Shown: piece after piece, positions 58,002-64,000 of the stretch
Layout: every line of letters starts with the position of its first letter
Position numbering within the stretch: the first letter of the stretch is position 1
From: Octopus vulgaris
Lineage: Eukaryota
Direction of reading: 5' to 3'
DNA length: 64,000 bases
Assembly: GCA_951406725.2 (NCBI GenBank)
Contig: OX597831.1
Coordinates: 38,812,001-38,876,000 of the forward strand
Notes under the pieces: generated by a model
Seen by the model: only the letters and a program-made list of their open reading frames with translations
Told to the model about the DNA's origin: nothing
The model's database searches: none
Program-made: the position numbers and the translations under genes

Positions 58002-60471
58002 CCAACATAATAAACAATTGTAATGGAACAGTTATGACCAAAAGTCCGAAAATAAACCGGGATTTATGCTACCAAAAAATTAAAAACTTCCTCTTTAAGA
58101 GCACGGGTGTTTGAAAAGGTTTAACGAAAGCGCTCACACACTAAAAAAAACTTCTTCCAAAAAAGATTAGTCATATTCTCGTAAAAGAATTCATTACATT
58201 TTCTTTTTTTAGATCATCTTTGCACTTGAAAAACTGTATTTAATAATCCTCATAGGCTTGCAAATATATATATATATATACAGGTGTGTGTGTACATATA
58301 CGTACACACACACACATATATATGCAAACACATATACAAATGCATGCAAATATACGCGCATGTATATGTGTGTGTGCATACATACCTCCATGCAGGTATA
58401 TTTACATGCATGCATATTTGAGTGTTGCTTTGCATGCGTAGATTTATACTTTGCACTAGGTCAGGAAATATAAATATTGTAGATTAATTCCTATTACTTG
58501 ACTTTATAAATAAATCATTATTTATGCTACAACACGTCACGTTTATTCACTATAATAATGAATTATAAGTCAAATAAAACACCGACAGGAATTCAATGTT
58601 GAACCTTAAATCACTTGAGACCTTTGTCAATAAACATTCTTTTAAATAAGAATAACTGAAGCACCTCTTTTACGTTTGTGAACTAATTTCCGTGATTTGC
58701 AGCGGGAATAACATTCTGTGAATGTCTATAGGAAGAAATAAAACCAAGAATGAAGATATCTGGTGAATTGGTGGACTGGTTCAAATGATAATAACAGATT
58801 AAAGCTTGTTGAGATATGATCTTAATACATCACATATCTCTTAGTCAGGATTGAGGGCGAGATCCCTGATAATTTGGAATACATCAGTCTTCAAAGCGGA
58901 GTCCTACTTGCAATAGGTTGGAGTTATCTACAATAATTAGTGGTGCCAAATTTTGGTATTAAACCAGGCGTCGAACTACGGCACGGCTGGATTTGAACTT
59001 ATATGAAAAGTACTGCAACAAATGATTTAAGGCATCCGGTCTTACATAGTTTAAATTTCTGTCGATTCATTGGCAAGGATTTGTAAGTTTTTCTACGAGT
59101 CTGAATAAAATAAAAATAATAGTTTTGACCACAACAAGATTTCAACTCAGAGCATAGACAATCAGAACTTAAACCACGAGCAACTCTAGTCCAGGGATGG
59201 GGAACCTTTTTGTGCATGAAGACCACCTTACAATTCATCATGCCTCATTGAGGCCGCATTGAAAAAATTACTTTCCTTGTTTTAGTTATTTTATCCCCTA
59301 AGTAATTTATTAGTAATCTAATGAAAAAACAGACAGGTGTGTAGAAATTGAAAGCATGACTTTTCAAATATTTTATTACAGTAATTGCTTTTATAGAAAT
59401 AATAAGTATATGAATAATACGGAAAGCACGACAGTTTTCAAATATTTTATTTACGCAATTAAGTACTTTTTATACTAATTAATGACTTCTTTGAATTTGC
59501 TTTTTTAAAGAAAACATTTTGATATCAGGCGCTAACATAGTGGTGCTTAACTTCACCTGGTCTTCCAAATGCTCATCTATCAATTGCGTTCTCAGTGAAT
59601 TCTAAGTTTGTATCATGTACAAGAATGTGGATTAACAACAGAATGTTAATGAAAAACAGGAAATTAGTCAGCCTGCTTGTTCACGAAGAAGAAGATATTC
59701 TTCCACAGTTTTCCAAATTTCGATGGAATTTTCCCTCTTGTCAAACAGAGATTTCAGGTTATTGTCTTCAGACATTTCAATAAGCTCGATTTGTAACTCT
59801 TCGGGAGTCTCTGATACATTAACTAAGTGAGGCTGAAAAGCAAGTTTCAGAGTGAAGTTGTTGTTTTTTCAAAATCATTGAATCTTTTATTATATTCTTT
59901 TATTAACGAGTCTAAAACTGATTCGTATTCTTCAATAGATTCATAGATATCTTCTTCATTTTCACTCATTACTTTCGTAAGCTGAGGAATATGATCTTCT
60001 GAAAGTTTTGATTAGGCCAAAGGGAACATTTTTTCTAAATGCCCAACATTTTTGTCATATGTCATAAATACATTTATTTTTGCCTTGCAACGAAATATTT
60101 AACTCATGTTGCTTTGACATCGCATCACATAAAAATGCAACATATCTGTAAAAATTTGAACCTGATAACTCACAATGTTGTTTTCTCTGAAAAAGTCAAT
60201 TATTCGCCTTCGTAAAGACAGAAAATTTCCTTTGCCACGACCAACGTTCTTTTGAGTGATAAGGCAAATCCGCATCAATTACTTCGTCATCCATCATCAG
60301 CACGTTTCGACATTGACGATCCAAGCTATTTTGCACAGAGATTTTGCTGAAGGAAAAAAAAATCAGTACATTCGCTTCTTTGGTACTCTTTTAAGACGTG
60401 CAATAAATCTTTCATTTCAGCTATTATAGCTGGAGCACCATCTGCGCACACACGAAATTAGTAAAATTTAG

Positions 60472-60889
60472 GGATCTTTTCGGCTTGAACGGCAGTTTTT
60501 TCTAGCGTTGTCATATGAAATTGTCACACATAATTATGACCCTAGAATCGATCTATTGCATTTCAATCTCTTTTAGGGTTAGGGTTAGTTAGGGTTAGGG
60601 GTGGGGAAGGGTATCTTTTTTCTTCACAAATGTAAATAAACCCAATCTATTTCTTAAACGACGGACATATTCACACAGCACATAATGTTTTTTAACTCAA
60701 TGGACGTAATTGATTGGTTGAAATTGCAGAAATTGCAGGAAAAAAACATCTTACAAACTATAGAATTTTCTCAATAAAGCCAAGAGAAAAAGATGTTTTC
60801 TAAACACATTCTACCAGTATACGAAGTTTAAAATCTTTTAGTTACCTAGAAATTATGTTAAAAAACTGCCGTTCAAACCGAAAAGATCC
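60472..60889. mobile_element. MITE with 30-bp GG-start TIRs, 8-bp TSD and internal TTAGGG repeats (Merlin-like by TIR/TSD)
   Basis: ggatcttttcggcttgaacggcagtttttt / aaaaaactgccgttcaaaccgaaaagatcc, with aaatttag duplicated at 60464-60471 and 60890-60897. A related body lies at about 57390-57589. Confidence 0.85.
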
Positions 60890-60948
60890 AAATTTAGTCC
60901 TACTTTATGGCATTGCTCTTCGAAGTTGTTCAAAATATCTATACCTCG

Positions 60949-61198
60949 TGCCCACGGGCATATGGCGTACTAACCCCAATATTCCGAGTTCGTCTCCAGG
61001 CAGTGACCTTAATAGCAATTAAGGCGGCGAGCTGGCAGAAACGTCAGCACGCCAGGCGAAGTGCTTAGAGGTATTTCGCTCGTCGCTTTGCCTTTCATCC
61101 TTTCGAGGTCGATAAATTAAGTATCAGTTGTGAACTGGGGTCGATCTATTCGACTGGGCCCCTCCCTCAAAAATTTCGAGCCTTGTAGAGTAGAAAAG
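60949..61198 (+). mobile_element. Composite SINE insertion in the hAT element, with 15-bp TSD
   Basis: aatatctatacctcg at 60934-60948 and 61199-61213 flanks a partial head of the HHR-SINE family followed by a dominant-family SINE. Confidence 0.8.
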
Positions 61199-62839
61199 AA
61201 TATCTATACCTCGCGTCCATCCTTTAAGGATGCCTCAAGCAAATAATTCTTCGTGTAACTGAAAATCATCAACAGTTATGGTACGAATAAAATACAATTC
61301 TTGTATTGAATCTGTGGAATTTGTTGATTTATCCAAAGCTACTGAGCAATATACATATTCTTTTTGGATTATATTTTTCAATTGCTCTGTTACATTACAG
61401 GCCGATTCATGCTGTTGGTCTGTATTAGTCCTTCTTGAAAAAGGCACCCCTTTATATTTATTAACTTTATCAGGATCTATACATCCTGCCACTTCTAAAA
61501 CACATCTATTTATGAGTTCTGCATCGCTGAATGGCTTACTTCTTTTCCAAGCAAATATGCAACTTTATAGCTGGTTTCTGTCGTAGCATTCCCTTGATGC
61601 AACAAAAATTGGAAAAATTGCATTGCTTTTGTTTTCCATATTTCAATTTCTGCAATGCTATCTTTGGGTACTCACCCTCTAATTTGGCATATTTATTGTC
61701 TTTGAGAAGAACATAATGTTGCTGTGCATTGGATTTCTTAACCGTTACAATTGCAGTATCACAAAACAAGCAAGACGTTCTACGTCCACTATTTACTAAA
61801 AAATATTACAATTCCCATTCTTCATTCAAGATCCTGTTTTCTTCTTTCACATTTCGTTTTAATTTTTTGACATAATTTGGGGTTAAAACGAAATTTATTT
61901 ATTCTGAAAAACCATAAAAAAATAAAAGTTTAATAATGAATTAGTAAACTCGGCCGCACACTGACCCAAATAAAACAGTTTTAGAACAGACACGATAAAC
62001 TCGCATCCAATACAAAGGGATATGAAGTATCTGATACACAAAAAGAAGGGACCTTCACATTTGGGGATTCGTGATGTAGACTTATTTTTGGTTTTTACTT
62101 TCTTATAACATTTCGAGACTAAACAACATCATAGGTTAGCTATAATTTTTTTCTGTAATTAGTACTATAATTTATCATCACCTAATTGTTGCAGAATTAA
62201 CGTCAAATATCGACGGTTCCAATCACACAACATAATGGCAATTGTGAAAGTTGACCAAGATCCCAAGAACATGGTTTTGGACGCTGATTGGTAGGGTCTG
62301 TTCTAAGACAGTTTTGTCTGAAGCAGTGTGCAGCCGGCTTCACAGAGTAGCAATGAGTACGATCTCTGTATCACTTATCAAGTCTCAATGATAAAAAGCA
62401 ATTTTGTAAAATTAACGCACGCACTGATGGATTTACGGTTTCAAATAAGGCAATAACTAACTCATTCGCACAAAACAAGTCACTAAGACGTTAACCACGA
62501 CTACGCAATTACTGAGTAAAGTACGTAGTACAGATGACAATAAAAAGATGGACGAGACAGGAACTCTTCGTGTATCATAGAGGAAGTCACTTACTCCCAT
62601 TAGGCTGGTGCAGCAGACAAGGAAATATTACCTTTATATACTTGTTGCTTTGAGATTAAATTCATTGGGTTCAAAGAAAAATGCTTCCAATCTCTGGCAG
62701 TGACACTACTAAACACAGTTAACTTTCCTTTTGTCTATGAGTGTGTGCATTGTAAATTTAAGGCGTATATTGATTTTAGACCAAAAATATTCAATGTCAA
62801 AAAAGAAAGAAAATATAATGGAGATTCATTATGGTTAAT

Positions 62840-63550
62840 GATAGCGTGAGAAGAAGTAGTGAGTGAGAAGCAGCCATATCTAAGATCAACCAGTGCATTA
62901 ATGGGTAAAGTTCTAGGGAAAATGCCGAATTGGAAGGTCCCAGGACCAGATTTAGTTCAAGGGTACTGGCTAAAGAACTTTAGTAGTTTACATGGGAGGC
63001 TGAGGGAACAACTTCAGGATTGCCTTAATGTAAGAATAATACCAGACTGGATGACTAGAGGGAAGACAATACTCATTATGAAAGATAAGAGCAAGGGTAA
63101 TACAGCTTCCATTAGTGTGGAAGCTATTAACAGCAATACTTTCAGAAAGCTTTTACGAACACCTTGACAACCAGAATTTACTGCCAGAAGAACAGAAATG
63201 TTGCAGGAAGAAGGCTAGAGGAAGGCATCATTTATCATATATCGACAAAGCGGTTCTAAATGAAGTAACAGCTAGAAAGATAAATCTAACCATAGCACGG
63301 ATAGGTTATAGGAAAGCCTATGACATGACCCCACACTCATGGATAAATGAACGCTTGAGTATATTCAGTATAGATAAGAGAATTAATTAGCTTTAGCATG
63401 AAGAAATGGAAAGTAGATCTCTACTCAGGTGACACAATCTTAGGGAAAGTTAATGTCAAAACAGGAATTTTACAGTGGGACTCGTTTCCCCCTTTAATAT
63501 TAGTCTTATGTTTGATCCCTCTCAGTTTAGTATTAAGGAAGGTAAAGGCA
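62840..63550 (+). pseudogene. R4/Dong-like reverse transcriptase fragment
   Basis: KMPNWKVPGPDLVQGYWLK, PDWMTRGKTILIMKD, LLPEEQK, YRKAYDMTPHSWI and GILQWDSFPPL motifs across frameshifts. Confidence 0.85.
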
Positions 63551-64000
63551 CACAGCGGTGCGTCAGACAGTATAGTAGACACACACGTTAAACTCCCGAA
63601 GGAAAAAGCGATATGTTACTGAGTAGCTATCAATTTTACAGTAGAGCCTATTAAAATATTGAACTTATTTAAAGAAGCTGCACAAAGAACTATCTTTGTA
63701 GAACACGAGGTATCCGGGAATACTAGGTTGGAAACAGCTGCTGCAATATATTTAAGCGATGTTTTGATGCTCTAGTCCTCGACGCTCCAACAATGGCTTT
63801 AATAAGGGTTGAGTGATGAGAGCTGGATCAAATAGTACCCAATGCTCTATTATAATTCTGTTGCTGCCAAACTTATTTTCTTTAAAAGTAAGTTATTTAC
63901 TGAAATGAAAATAGCCTATGGTAAGTTTCATTTCATAAGTCTAGCGTTGGAAGCATTGCTGGAATTATCGAAAAGTTATAAATTCTACTACTACTGTTAC

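Larger units (their letters stand above)
59192..61875 (-). mobile_element. Decayed hAT (Charlie/Buster-type, GTF2IRD2-like) transposon
   Basis: Terminus cagggatggggaacc preceded by ctctagtc (hAT-Charlie-like target). Fragments EENRILNEEWE, CLFC..KKSNAQQHY, SVALDKSTNSTD..FIR, CADGAPA and LRTQLIDEHLEDQ. The second TIR was not found. Confidence 0.85.

Noticed and set aside
63770-63777. ctctagtc as the second TSD of the hAT element
   Set aside because: No terminal inverted repeat precedes it; probably a chance match.

Overview
AT-rich, microsatellite-saturated eukaryotic DNA with no recognisable host protein-coding gene. The SINE families and (TA)n/(GATA)n/(AAT)n density resemble an Octopus-like cephalopod genome; this is an inference. 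Most listed ORFs are microsatellite artefacts. Recognisable content is a near-intact CR1/L2-group LINE (35.7-40.6 kb, minus; one TAA in each ORF; ORF1 appears to join a Myb/SANT-like domain to tandem CCCH fingers), a decayed hAT transposon with nested MITE and SINE insertions, fragments of mariner, Helitron, RTE, L1/Tx1, R4/Dong-like and Penelope-like (PLE) elements, many tRNA-derived SINEs and a 2.7-kb tandem duplication. The main hidden signal is a population of type I hammerhead ribozyme (HHR) motifs with short, mostly palindromic stem III, carried by several unrelated non-coding elements embedded in microsatellites. These include a young 560-bp tandem array (6 direct copies plus 1 inverted, one HHR per unit), four fold-back elements, a GATA-embedded element and a tRNA-headed SINE-like element. 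Together they look like a retrozyme / PLE-dependent non-autonomous system. All calls were made by eye; ribozyme activity is predicted, not shown.
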